The position numbers and the translations under genes are program-made. Below are positions 57,308 through 64,000 of a DNA stretch of 64,000 nt, in pieces. A model generated the notes under the pieces. It made no database searches. It had not been told where the DNA came from and saw only the letters and a program-made list of their open reading frames with translations. Source of the stretch: an uncultured Planctomycetales bacterium (GTDB lineage Bacteria > Omnitrophota > Gorgyraeia > Gygaellales > Profunditerraquicolaceae); NCBI GenBank assembly GCA_964545575.1, contig CAZJFL010000001.1, forward strand, positions 5,742 through 69,741, given 5' to 3'. The number at the start of each line of letters is the position of its first letter. Positions within the stretch are counted from its first letter, which is position 1.

Positions 57308-59998
57308 ATGGCCAATACGCTCTGGAAATTTATAGACGATAAAGCTACATTCCGCTCGACGGATGCGAACCGGATAAACACCCTCTACTTTCCGCTTTGT
57401 AATACCGCGCCCATAATGTCTTCGCTCTCACCCGATCTGCACGGAGACCTTAAAACCGGATTCCATTCCTTTTTATTGGAACCCGTATCACGCCTTGGGC
57501 TAAACAATTCAAAGTCCAGCCGTAACTTCTGGATATATGTAAACCCCCAAAAAATATGGTCAGCTACCGGCGTATCCAAAGATACCGGGATACAAAAAGA
57601 AGACAAGTTTAGCTTAGAGGCAGGGTTATTATGGCAGAAAATTACCCGCCAGAACAAAAAAATCGGCCTAAAATCAGAAATCACCTCCTTTATACCTGCT
57701 TCGGGAGAGCCGGTAGAAATAATGCATATCCGCATCGCCAATATTACGCAAAAAAAGATTAAGTATGTTGCTACCGCCGCCATCCCGGTATTCGGCAGGT
57801 CGGCAAATAATCTGCATGACCACCGCCACGTCACCAGCCTTCTGCAGCGGATTAAAAAAGGTAGATTCGGCGTCATGGTTAAGCCCGCGCTTTCTTTTGA
57901 TGAAACCGGGCATAAGAAAAATCTTACCTCTTATTTTGTGTTTGGCGTCGCTAGAAAAAATAGCCCTCCGGAATATATTTATTCTACGCAAGAAGCATTC
58001 GTGGGAGAATCTTCGGACTTGGAAGCTCCTGAAGCGGTGTTCAGGAATCTTAAACCGGAAAAAGATGCGCATGTCCAGGGCAAGGAAGCTATGGGAGCCT
58101 TAAGATTCAAAATGCAAACGTTAAAAGCAAAAGAATCCGCTTCCTACATTGTGCTTATGGGGATAACTAAAAATGAGGCTGAGATTGAGCGGATATTCGC
58201 CAGGTTTAATACTGAAGAAAAAATAGAAAAATCCCTGGAGGCTACAAAAATATACTGGCAGAAAAAGAGCGGCCAGATAAGCGTGGATACCAAAGACATT
58301 AATTTTGACCACTGGTTTAAATGGGTGAATATCCAGCCGGTTTTAAGAAAAATCTTCGGCTGTTCATTCCTGCCTGATTTTGACTACGGTAAGGGCGGCA
58401 GGGGCTGGCGCGACCTCTGGCAGGATTGCCTCGCCCTGACCTTAAATGACCCTAAAGAGGCCGGGCCGTTATTGGTAAATAATTTCTCCGGGGTGCGCAT
58501 CGACGGCTCAAACGCCACGATTATCGGGCCAAACCTAAGTGAGTTTATCGCCGACCGCAATGATATCCCCCGGGTCTGGATGGATCACGGAGTCTGGCCC
58601 TTGATCGCTACCTATTTATATATCCGGCAGACCGGAGATTTAAAGATCCTCCTGGAAGAAAGCGGATACTTCCGGGACCGCCAGCTATTCCGGAGCCAGA
58701 AAATAGACTCCGAATGGAAACCGGAATACGGCACCGAGCTAAAAACACACAATAACGCACCTTATAAAGGAAGCGTCCTGGAACACCTGCTGATTGAAAA
58801 CTTAGTGCAGTTTTTTAACGTCGGGCCGCATAACTTTATCCGCCTGGAAGGCGCGGACTGGAATGATGGGCTGGACATGGCCGAAAAATACGGCGAGAGC
58901 GTTGCATTTAGCTGCATGTATGCGCGCAACCTCCTGGTTATCGCTGAGCTGCTGGAGAAATTAGGCCAGGATAAAATCATGCTTTTAAAAGAGACCCTAC
59001 TCTTGTTAAACACCTTAAGAGAAACGCAGAGCAACTACTCCGATATAAACGCCAAACTCCGGACCCTGGATAAATATTTCCAGAATACAAAACACGGGGT
59101 ATCCGGCATAAAAGCAGCTATCCCTACCAAAGAATTAATCCGGGATCTTAAGGAAAAGGCGCTCTGGCTCTCTGAACACATCCGTAAAAACGAATGGTTA
59201 AAAGAGGGCTTCTTTAACGGATATTACAACAACGATAAGCAGAGGGTTGAGGGCAACCGGGGCGGAATTATGCGCATGACCCTTACTGCTTCCGCCCTGG
59301 CGGTAATGAGCGGGATGGCGACGAAAGAGCAGGCGAAAACTTTATTTCACAACGCCTCTAAATATTTAAAAGACAAAGGCCTCGGCGGGTTTCACCTGAA
59401 CACCGATTTTAAGGAAGAACAGCTTAATCTGGGCAGGGCGTTTTCTTTTGTCTACGGGGACAAAGAAAACGGCGCGGTCTTTAACCACATGTGCGCCCTG
59501 TTTGCTTACGGGTTATATAAACACGGATTGGCTAAAGAAGGCTATGAAGTAATCAGCTCTATTTATAATATGTCCGTCGATACCGAAAAGAGCAAAATTT
59601 ACCCCTGCCTGCCGGAATACTTTAATGCCGAGGGACGCGGCATGTATAGCTACCTGACCGGTTCAGCCAGCTGGTTTATCCTAACAGTCCTGATAGAGGT
59701 ATTCGGCGTGCGCGGGGAATACGGGGATTTAGTCATTGAACCGAAACTTAATACCGAGCAGTTCAAAAATAAAAATGCCATCTCTATTACCGCTAATTTT
59801 GCCGAGAGGCGGATTAAGGTCAGGTACGTTAATCCGCGTAAAAAGGGCTTTGGCAGCTACGCTATCCGCCGGGTAAGTTTTAACGGCAAGGATATCGCCG
59901 AGAATATCAAACAGCCGCGTTTCACTCTCTCCCGCAGTTATTTCATTTCACTTTGCCTTCCGGATAAACTCAATATTATCGAGGTCTTATTAGATTGA
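57308..59998 (+). CDS. GH94 glycoside phosphorylase (laminaribiose/cellobiose phosphorylase-like)
   Basis: DYGKGGRGWRDLWQD, ADWNDGLD, KENGAVFNH, LTGSASW. Confidence 0.88.
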   Translation: MANTLWKFIDDKATFRSTDANRINTLYFPLCNTAPIMSSLSPDLHGDLKTGFHSFLLEPVSRLGLNNSKSSRNFWIYVNPQKIWSATGVSKDTGIQKEDKFSLEAGLLWQKITRQNKKIGLKSEITSFIPASGEPVEIMHIRIANITQKKIKYVATAAIPVFGRSANNLHDHRHVTSLLQRIKKGRFGVMVKPALSFDETGHKKNLTSYFVFGVARKNSPPEYIYSTQEAFVGESSDLEAPEAVFRNLKPEKDAHVQGKEAMGALRFKMQTLKAKESASYIVLMGITKNEAEIERIFARFNTEEKIEKSLEATKIYWQKKSGQISVDTKDINFDHWFKWVNIQPVLRKIFGCSFLPDFDYGKGGRGWRDLWQDCLALTLNDPKEAGPLLVNNFSGVRIDGSNATIIGPNLSEFIADRNDIPRVWMDHGVWPLIATYLYIRQTGDLKILLEESGYFRDRQLFRSQKIDSEWKPEYGTELKTHNNAPYKGSVLEHLLIENLVQFFNVGPHNFIRLEGADWNDGLDMAEKYGESVAFSCMYARNLLVIAELLEKLGQDKIMLLKETLLLLNTLRETQSNYSDINAKLRTLDKYFQNTKHGVSGIKAAIPTKELIRDLKEKALWLSEHIRKNEWLKEGFFNGYYNNDKQRVEGNRGGIMRMTLTASALAVMSGMATKEQAKTLFHNASKYLKDKGLGGFHLNTDFKEEQLNLGRAFSFVYGDKENGAVFNHMCALFAYGLYKHGLAKEGYEVISSIYNMSVDTEKSKIYPCLPEYFNAEGRGMYSYLTGSASWFILTVLIEVFGVRGEYGDLVIEPKLNTEQFKNKNAISITANFAERRIKVRYVNPRKKGFGSYAIRRVSFNGKDIAENIKQPRFTLSRSYFISLCLPDKLNIIEVLLD

Positions 59999-60022
59999 TT
60001 GCGTGGTCTTTTAGGCGGGGGA

Positions 60023-60598
60023 TTAAAACTTATAGGTGATGCCGCCGACGGCAAACTGGTTGTTTATACCGCTGTTGGGCTGTTTGATGCCGGAATTGGA
60101 GAGGTGCCGGAAACGGTACTCTACGGTTAGCGCCCAGTTCTTATGGAAATACCAGTGCGCGCCTGCCCCGCCATATTCGTAAAAATTAAATTGCGTGGAT
60201 TGTTCGATAGTATGCTGGGACATATAAAGCACACCTGCTGAAGCCTTGATATAGGGCTGAATTGCAAAACTCTCGGGGAAAATCCCTATCTTTAAGGCAA
60301 AGCCGCTGCCTACCTCTACGTTGGCATTCGGGCTGGATACGCCGGAGATGTAATTCTCCAACTGAAATTGCATTAACATCGGCGGGTCCAGGCCTATTTT
60401 GCGGGTTAGTTTTTTAAGATTAAAATCTAAATCCAGGATAAGCGGGAAAAGGCAGTATTCTTTATCGCGCTTTAAATCCCCCCAGCCGTACCCTGTCAAA
60501 ACCTCAATACTCTGAAGGGTCCTGGCTTCTTCTTCGGCCCGGGCGCTGTTAGAGATTAAAAACAGAACCGCTAATGTAAGAAATAGATATTTTTTCAT
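60023..60598 (-). CDS. PagL-like lipid A 3-O-deacylase / outer-membrane beta-barrel
   Basis: Signal peptide; FNF, RFRHLSNSGIKQPNSGIN; terminal F. Confidence 0.85.
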   Translation of the reverse strand: MKKYLFLTLAVLFLISNSARAEEEARTLQSIEVLTGYGWGDLKRDKEYCLFPLILDLDFNLKKLTRKIGLDPPMLMQFQLENYISGVSSPNANVEVGSGFALKIGIFPESFAIQPYIKASAGVLYMSQHTIEQSTQFNFYEYGGAGAHWYFHKNWALTVEYRFRHLSNSGIKQPNSGINNQFAVGGITYKF

Positions 60599-60606
60599 TA
60601 GAGGGA

Positions 60607-60635
60607 ATTATACTGTTAAACCGCAGGGTTGTCAA
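60607..60635 (-). promoter_or_regulatory. Consensus sigma70 promoter (near-leaderless)
   Basis: TTGACA-17-TATAAT, 8 nt before the ATG. Confidence 0.85.
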
Positions 60636-60651
60636 CGCCTTTTCTCTGGAG

Positions 60652-61620
60652 CTACTTCAAGATAAAATTAAACAGATAACCGGTAAAAATAATGCCCGCC
60701 CCTACGATTCCTGCGAATAGCGCCAGCAATTTTACCTTCATCGCTTTCTTTAAAATCATGAATTCCGGCAAAGACAGCCCGGTCACTGCCATCATAAATG
60801 CCAAAGTCGTACCCATGCTTACCCCTTTCTCGGTCAAAGCGCTTACTAAGGGGATGACTCCTGCGGCATTAGAATAAAGAGGTATGCCTATAAGGGTAGC
60901 TACCGGAACCACATACCATCTATTTCCGCCGGCATACCTGGCAAGAAAATCGCTCGGCACATAACCGTGTATCCAGGCGCCGACGCCTATACCGATAAGA
61001 AGATACGGCCAGACGCTCTTAATGACAAAAAGCGTATATTCTTTTGAGTATTTAATCCTCTCCTGCCGTGTCATTTGAAAATTAATAATCGCGGCGGCTG
61101 CGGAAGGTTTAAAATCCATATTCTCTAGGAGATTTTCTACTTTTAGCTGCCCGATAATTATTCCTGAAAGGGTAGCGATAACAAGGCCGCTAAGCGTATA
61201 TAACAACGCTATTTTTAAGCCGAACATACCCAAGAGTAAAACTAAGGCTACCTCGTTAATCATCGGCGAAGAAACCAGAAAAGAAAAAGTAACCCCCAAA
61301 GGCACGCCCACCTCGATGAACCCTAAGAAAAGAGGAATTGCGCTGCAGGTGCAAAAAGGAGTGATGATCCCGAAAACCGCTGCCAATATGTTGCCTATAT
61401 ATTTATTTCTGTGAGAAAGTATTTTTCTTATCTTTTCCGGGGGCAGGAATGAGCGGATTATCGATACGGCAAAGATTATTACCGCAAGTAGCAAAAATAT
61501 TTTTATCGTATCGTAGATAAAAAAGTTTACCGCTTCGGCAAGTAACGTCCCGGGAGAGATTAAGAAGACTTTATATGTTAACCACTCCGCAAATATTTTT
61601 ATCGGGTAAAATATATCCAT
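60652..61620 (-). CDS. ArsP/DUF318 family permease
   Basis: TPFCTCSAIP, SSPMINE, GIPLYSNAAG, GLSLPE. Confidence 0.88.
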   Translation of the reverse strand: MDIFYPIKIFAEWLTYKVFLISPGTLLAEAVNFFIYDTIKIFLLLAVIIFAVSIIRSFLPPEKIRKILSHRNKYIGNILAAVFGIITPFCTCSAIPLFLGFIEVGVPLGVTFSFLVSSPMINEVALVLLLGMFGLKIALLYTLSGLVIATLSGIIIGQLKVENLLENMDFKPSAAAAIINFQMTRQERIKYSKEYTLFVIKSVWPYLLIGIGVGAWIHGYVPSDFLARYAGGNRWYVVPVATLIGIPLYSNAAGVIPLVSALTEKGVSMGTTLAFMMAVTGLSLPEFMILKKAMKVKLLALFAGIVGAGIIFTGYLFNFILK

Positions 61621-61653
61621 GGCGCTTCCTATAGGACTGCTCCCTCGGCAATG

Positions 61654-62382
61654 TTATCTTAACGGCGCATCGTCTACCGTTGCGTATGTATTATAGGCAT
61701 CGCGAAGGCTTTCGGAAGCGTATTCGGGAGTCATTAAAGGTTTCCCGTAAGGAGAGAACAAAAAAGTTACGGTGTCATAAATGCCGGTAGCCAACCTGAA
61801 TATGGTCGTAACTATTCCGTTTGCCGTGCCCATAAAAAATCCTAAAAAGGGCCCTTTTTCCACTCCGATTCGAAACATACTGGCGGGCAGCTCGCAATAA
61901 CAGGTCAAGGTATTTGTCAGGCCTCTGGTTAATTTATTCAAAGGCGTCCTGTCATATTGCATATTCTGGGCGTCAATCACTTTTAAATTAATCTTCTGCA
62001 GTTTGCTTTTTTCCTTTTCTGCGGCAGTTACATTATTCGCGGCTGTTACGTTATCCACAGCCGTTGTATTGCTCACAGCCGTTACATTATCTACAGCCGT
62101 TATTTCGCTTGCAGCCGCCGTTATATTGCTGGCGGGCTCTGCGCTATCCGCTGCGGTTATATTAGCTATATCGGTTGCATTATTGGCGCCGGCCATATTA
62201 TCCGTATCCGTTATTTTGTTTATACCAACTACACTTTCTGCCTGAACTGCATTATTCATATCGGCCGCGTTATTCAGATCAAGAGGATTACTGGCCTGCG
62301 TCATATCGCTATCATCCGCAGAATAGGCCCGCGCATAGACCAGAGATACTAATATTATCGTAAAAATAAGCGCCTTTTTCAT
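61654..62382 (-). CDS. Secreted protein with a low-complexity stalk and a TIGR04073-like C-terminal domain
   Basis: Signal peptide; TAVDNV-type repeats; KLTRGLTN...ELP...R..TGIYDTVTF..P. Confidence 0.6.
   Translation of the reverse strand: MKKALIFTIILVSLVYARAYSADDSDMTQASNPLDLNNAADMNNAVQAESVVGINKITDTDNMAGANNATDIANITAADSAEPASNITAAASEITAVDNVTAVSNTTAVDNVTAANNVTAAEKEKSKLQKINLKVIDAQNMQYDRTPLNKLTRGLTNTLTCYCELPASMFRIGVEKGPFLGFFMGTANGIVTTIFRLATGIYDTVTFLFSPYGKPLMTPEYASESLRDAYNTYATVDDAPLR
62022..62165 (-). repeat. Degenerate 18-bp (6-aa) repeats, TAxxNV/I
   Basis: NITAA..NITAAASEITAVDNVTAVSNTTAVDNVTAANNVTAA. Confidence 0.75.
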
Positions 62383-62561
62383 TTGCTCCCTCCCGATTTT
62401 AAAATTTTTAAGCGCGTTTCTGTTTTGTAGGTTCTAGCGAGTATAGATTACACCAGAAGCAGGCCTAAATCAAGGGTAAAATTCAGGACGCAAGCCCCGG
62501 ACCTGCGTCGACCTAACCTCTTCTTTCTTCTTGGGCGAACCTGTAATTAGATTGCTACTTT

Positions 62562-62798
62562 CTACTCCCGCCAGAAATACAGCGCCGCGGTAAGGGCAAT
62601 ACCGACAAGATAAAGAAAAAACGTTCCTGAGATAAAATAGGGATACGCCATTAAGGCGAACCCGATAATCATAGGCCGCAAGAATTTATTTTTTTTACCA
62701 TACGCAAAAGCGACAAACCCAATCGCGCCGAAAATAACGCAAGCGAAGATTTTTGCCGCGTTAAAATCGCCAGCCTGTGGTAACCCGATACCTGCCAA
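62562..62798 (-). CDS. Small membrane protein
   Basis: GGAGG RBS before a TTG start; three hydrophobic segments; YGKK and YPYF motifs. Confidence 0.7.
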   Translation of the reverse strand: MAGIGLPQAGDFNAAKIFACVIFGAIGFVAFAYGKKNKFLRPMIIGFALMAYPYFISGTFFLYLVGIALTAALYFWRE

Positions 62799-62831
62799 AA
62801 TCCACCTCCGTCTTGCTCGCTATTTTATACC

Positions 62832-62867
62832 AAAAACCCTCTGCAATATATTCTATCACAGAGGGTT
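62832..62867 (-). terminator. Probable terminator downstream of tRNA-Asn
   Basis: AACCCTCTG/CAGAGGGTT stem followed by Ts. Confidence 0.55.
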
Positions 62868-62878
62868 AGGAAATCAAA

Positions 62879-62951
62879 CTCCCCCGCGAGGACTCGAACC
62901 TCGGACCTGGTGGTTAACAGCCACTCGCTCTACCAACTGAGCTACGGGGGA
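62879..62951 (-). tRNA. tRNA-Asn(GTT), CCA not encoded
   Basis: TCCCCCGTAGCTCAGTTGGTAGAGCGAGTGGCTGTTAACCACCAGGTCCGAGGTTCGAGTCCTCGCGGGGGAG folds as a cloverleaf. Confidence 0.96.
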
Positions 62952-63186
62952 ATAGATTTACCAAAAACTCTCTACCAATGCCTGACTTTAAATATTTCTC
63001 CCGGTTCCTTGCTACGTGTCTATTTAGAACCTCCTCTTTATAAATTAATTCGTAAGGCCTATGCCCTTTTGTATATTTGGAATCTCCAAAAATATGTTCT
63101 TTTAATCTATCTTCTGGATTTTTAGAAATTCCGATATAAAAACTACTATCTTTTTTACTTTTTAATACGTATACAAAATAACTCAT
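62914..63186 (-). CDS. Stand-alone GIY-YIG nuclease (90 aa) overlapping tRNA-Asn
   Basis: YFVYVL...FYIG....RLKEH..G.SKYTK..RP..L.Y.E......A..RE..LKS..GR; the last 12 codons and the stop come from the tRNA. Confidence 0.9.
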   Translation of the reverse strand: MSYFVYVLKSKKDSSFYIGISKNPEDRLKEHIFGDSKYTKGHRPYELIYKEEVLNRHVARNREKYLKSGIGREFLVNLFPRSSVGRASGC

Positions 63187-63189
63187 GTC

Positions 63190-63245
63190 AACAGCCACTC
63201 GCTCCCTGCCTGCCGGCAGGCAGGTACCAACTGAGCTACGGGGGA
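63190..63245 (-). pseudogene. 5' half of tRNA-Asn (to the anticodon), interrupted in the D-loop by a 20-bp palindrome
   Basis: Identical to the first 36 nt of the intact tRNA once 63205-63224 is removed. Confidence 0.92.
63205..63224. repeat. Perfect 20-bp palindrome CCTGCCTGCCGGCAGGCAGG
   Basis: Read directly; clean insertion between GGTA and GAGC, no target duplication. Confidence 0.95.
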
Positions 63246-63272
63246 ATAAATCAAAGAACAAAATGCAAAACT

Positions 63273-63300
63273 ATTATAATTAAACTGGTACTGAAGTCAA
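63273..63300 (-). promoter_or_regulatory. Sigma70-type promoter for the half-tRNA / GIY-YIG / tRNA-Asn unit
   Basis: TTGACT-16-TATAAT. Confidence 0.65.
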
Positions 63301-63900
63301 TTAAATTTCCCGGCGCGACTCCAGAGACTTGCTTAAAGTCACAGCGTCGGCATATTCCAGATTAGAACCCACAGGGATACCCATACCGATGCGGGTTAAT
63401 TTGACCGCCAAAGGCTTAATCAGTTTTGCCAGGTATAGCGCCGTAGTCTCTCCTTCGGTATCCGCGTCGGTAGCGATAATCACTTCTTTAATATTATTCT
63501 GTTTTATCCTGGTGAGCAGCCCGTCTATTTTTAAATCGCCGGGGCCCCTGCCTTCTAAAGGAGATATGGAACCCATCAGCACATGGTATGTGCCGTTTAA
63601 AGCGCCCGCCTTCTCTATCGCCGTTACGTCGCTGGGCCGCTCTACTATACAGATTATATCTTTTCTGCGGCGCGCGTCCTGGCAAATCTTACAGATTTCC
63701 TGCTCGCTTAAGTTATTGCAGATACTACAAAGCCGGACATTATGCTTCACGCCGGAAATAGCTTCGGAAAGGGACCTTATTTCTTCCTTAGGGGTGCTGA
63801 GTATGTAGCCGATAATGCGCTCGGCGCTGCGCCGGCCGATACCGGGCAGCTTGACTAATTTCTCGATCAGCTTTTCTATGGACTCCGTATAGGTAGACAT
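63301..63900 (-). CDS. recR: Recombination mediator RecR
   Basis: LPGIGRRSAER, C4 zinc finger, ICIVE, EGETTA.Y, G.PVG..LEYAD. Confidence 0.97.
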   Translation of the reverse strand: MSTYTESIEKLIEKLVKLPGIGRRSAERIIGYILSTPKEEIRSLSEAISGVKHNVRLCSICNNLSEQEICKICQDARRRKDIICIVERPSDVTAIEKAGALNGTYHVLMGSISPLEGRGPGDLKIDGLLTRIKQNNIKEVIIATDADTEGETTALYLAKLIKPLAVKLTRIGMGIPVGSNLEYADAVTLSKSLESRREI

Positions 63901-63902
63901 GG

Positions 63903-64000
63903 CTATTCTTTAATCACCCTGCCCTTGAATGTCTCCAGGACAGATTTAATAAAAGGGGTCTCGTCGCCGCTTTCTTCTCTGGATGCTTCTTGAGAAAGGA
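63903..64000 (-). CDS. dnaX: C-terminal fragment, probably DNA polymerase III gamma/tau
   Basis: Open frame ending PFIKSVLETFKGRVIKE*, directly upstream of recR; only about 31 codons visible. Confidence 0.5.
   Translation of the reverse strand, partial: LSQEASREESGDETPFIKSVLETFKGRVIKE

Noticed and set aside
62474-62516. GGACGCAAGCCCCGGACCTGCGTC, reminiscent of a c-di-GMP-I riboswitch
   Set aside because: Wrong strand for the neighbouring genes and no GNRA-capped P2 stem; only a small hairpin is supportable.
63187-63261. N-terminal extension of the GIY-YIG ORF (MFFDLFPRSSVGTCLPAGR...)
   Set aside because: It is a translation of the half-tRNA and palindrome; the domain begins at ATG 63186.
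520-63808. Numerous 60-170 aa antisense or overlapping ORFs in the track
   Set aside because: They are shadows of well-supported genes on the other strand or frame, with no motifs or RBS.

Overview
A gene-dense, mostly minus-strand housekeeping region from a diderm bacterium. Gene content and order suggest Candidatus Omnitrophota or another PVC-related lineage (inference). It holds queuosine genes (queD/C/E/F), rph-rdgB, a split fumarate hydratase, smpB-tmRNA, tRNA-Leu(CAG), tRNA-Asn(GTT), lptFG, a two-partner secretion pair with a ~2060-aa FHA-like exoprotein, thiL-tsaE-tsaB-alr, a long Bacillus-like run (lysS ... mcsA-mcsB-clpC-mlaEFD-radA-yacL-ispDF-cysE-cysS-tmk-holB-yaaT-metG-tatD), a GH94 phosphorylase and recR. 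No CRISPR array, rRNA, integrase or transposase is visible. Four things stand out. (1) A ~300-bp cassette places a stand-alone GIY-YIG nuclease gene between a duplicated 5' half of tRNA-Asn and the intact tRNA, with its stop codon in the anticodon loop. (2) A 20-bp palindrome, CCTGCCTGCCGGCAGGCAGG, sits in that half-tRNA and, with one extra base that keeps the frame, inside tatD. (3) About 15 short palindromic or 7-8-mer repeat inserts of several families occupy gene junctions and protein loops. (4) The tmRNA encodes a 30-aa Met/Pro-rich tag with no C-terminal Ala-Ala. A Maf-lipoprotein signal-M48 peptidase fusion is also present. All calls come from reading the sequence; no searches were run.
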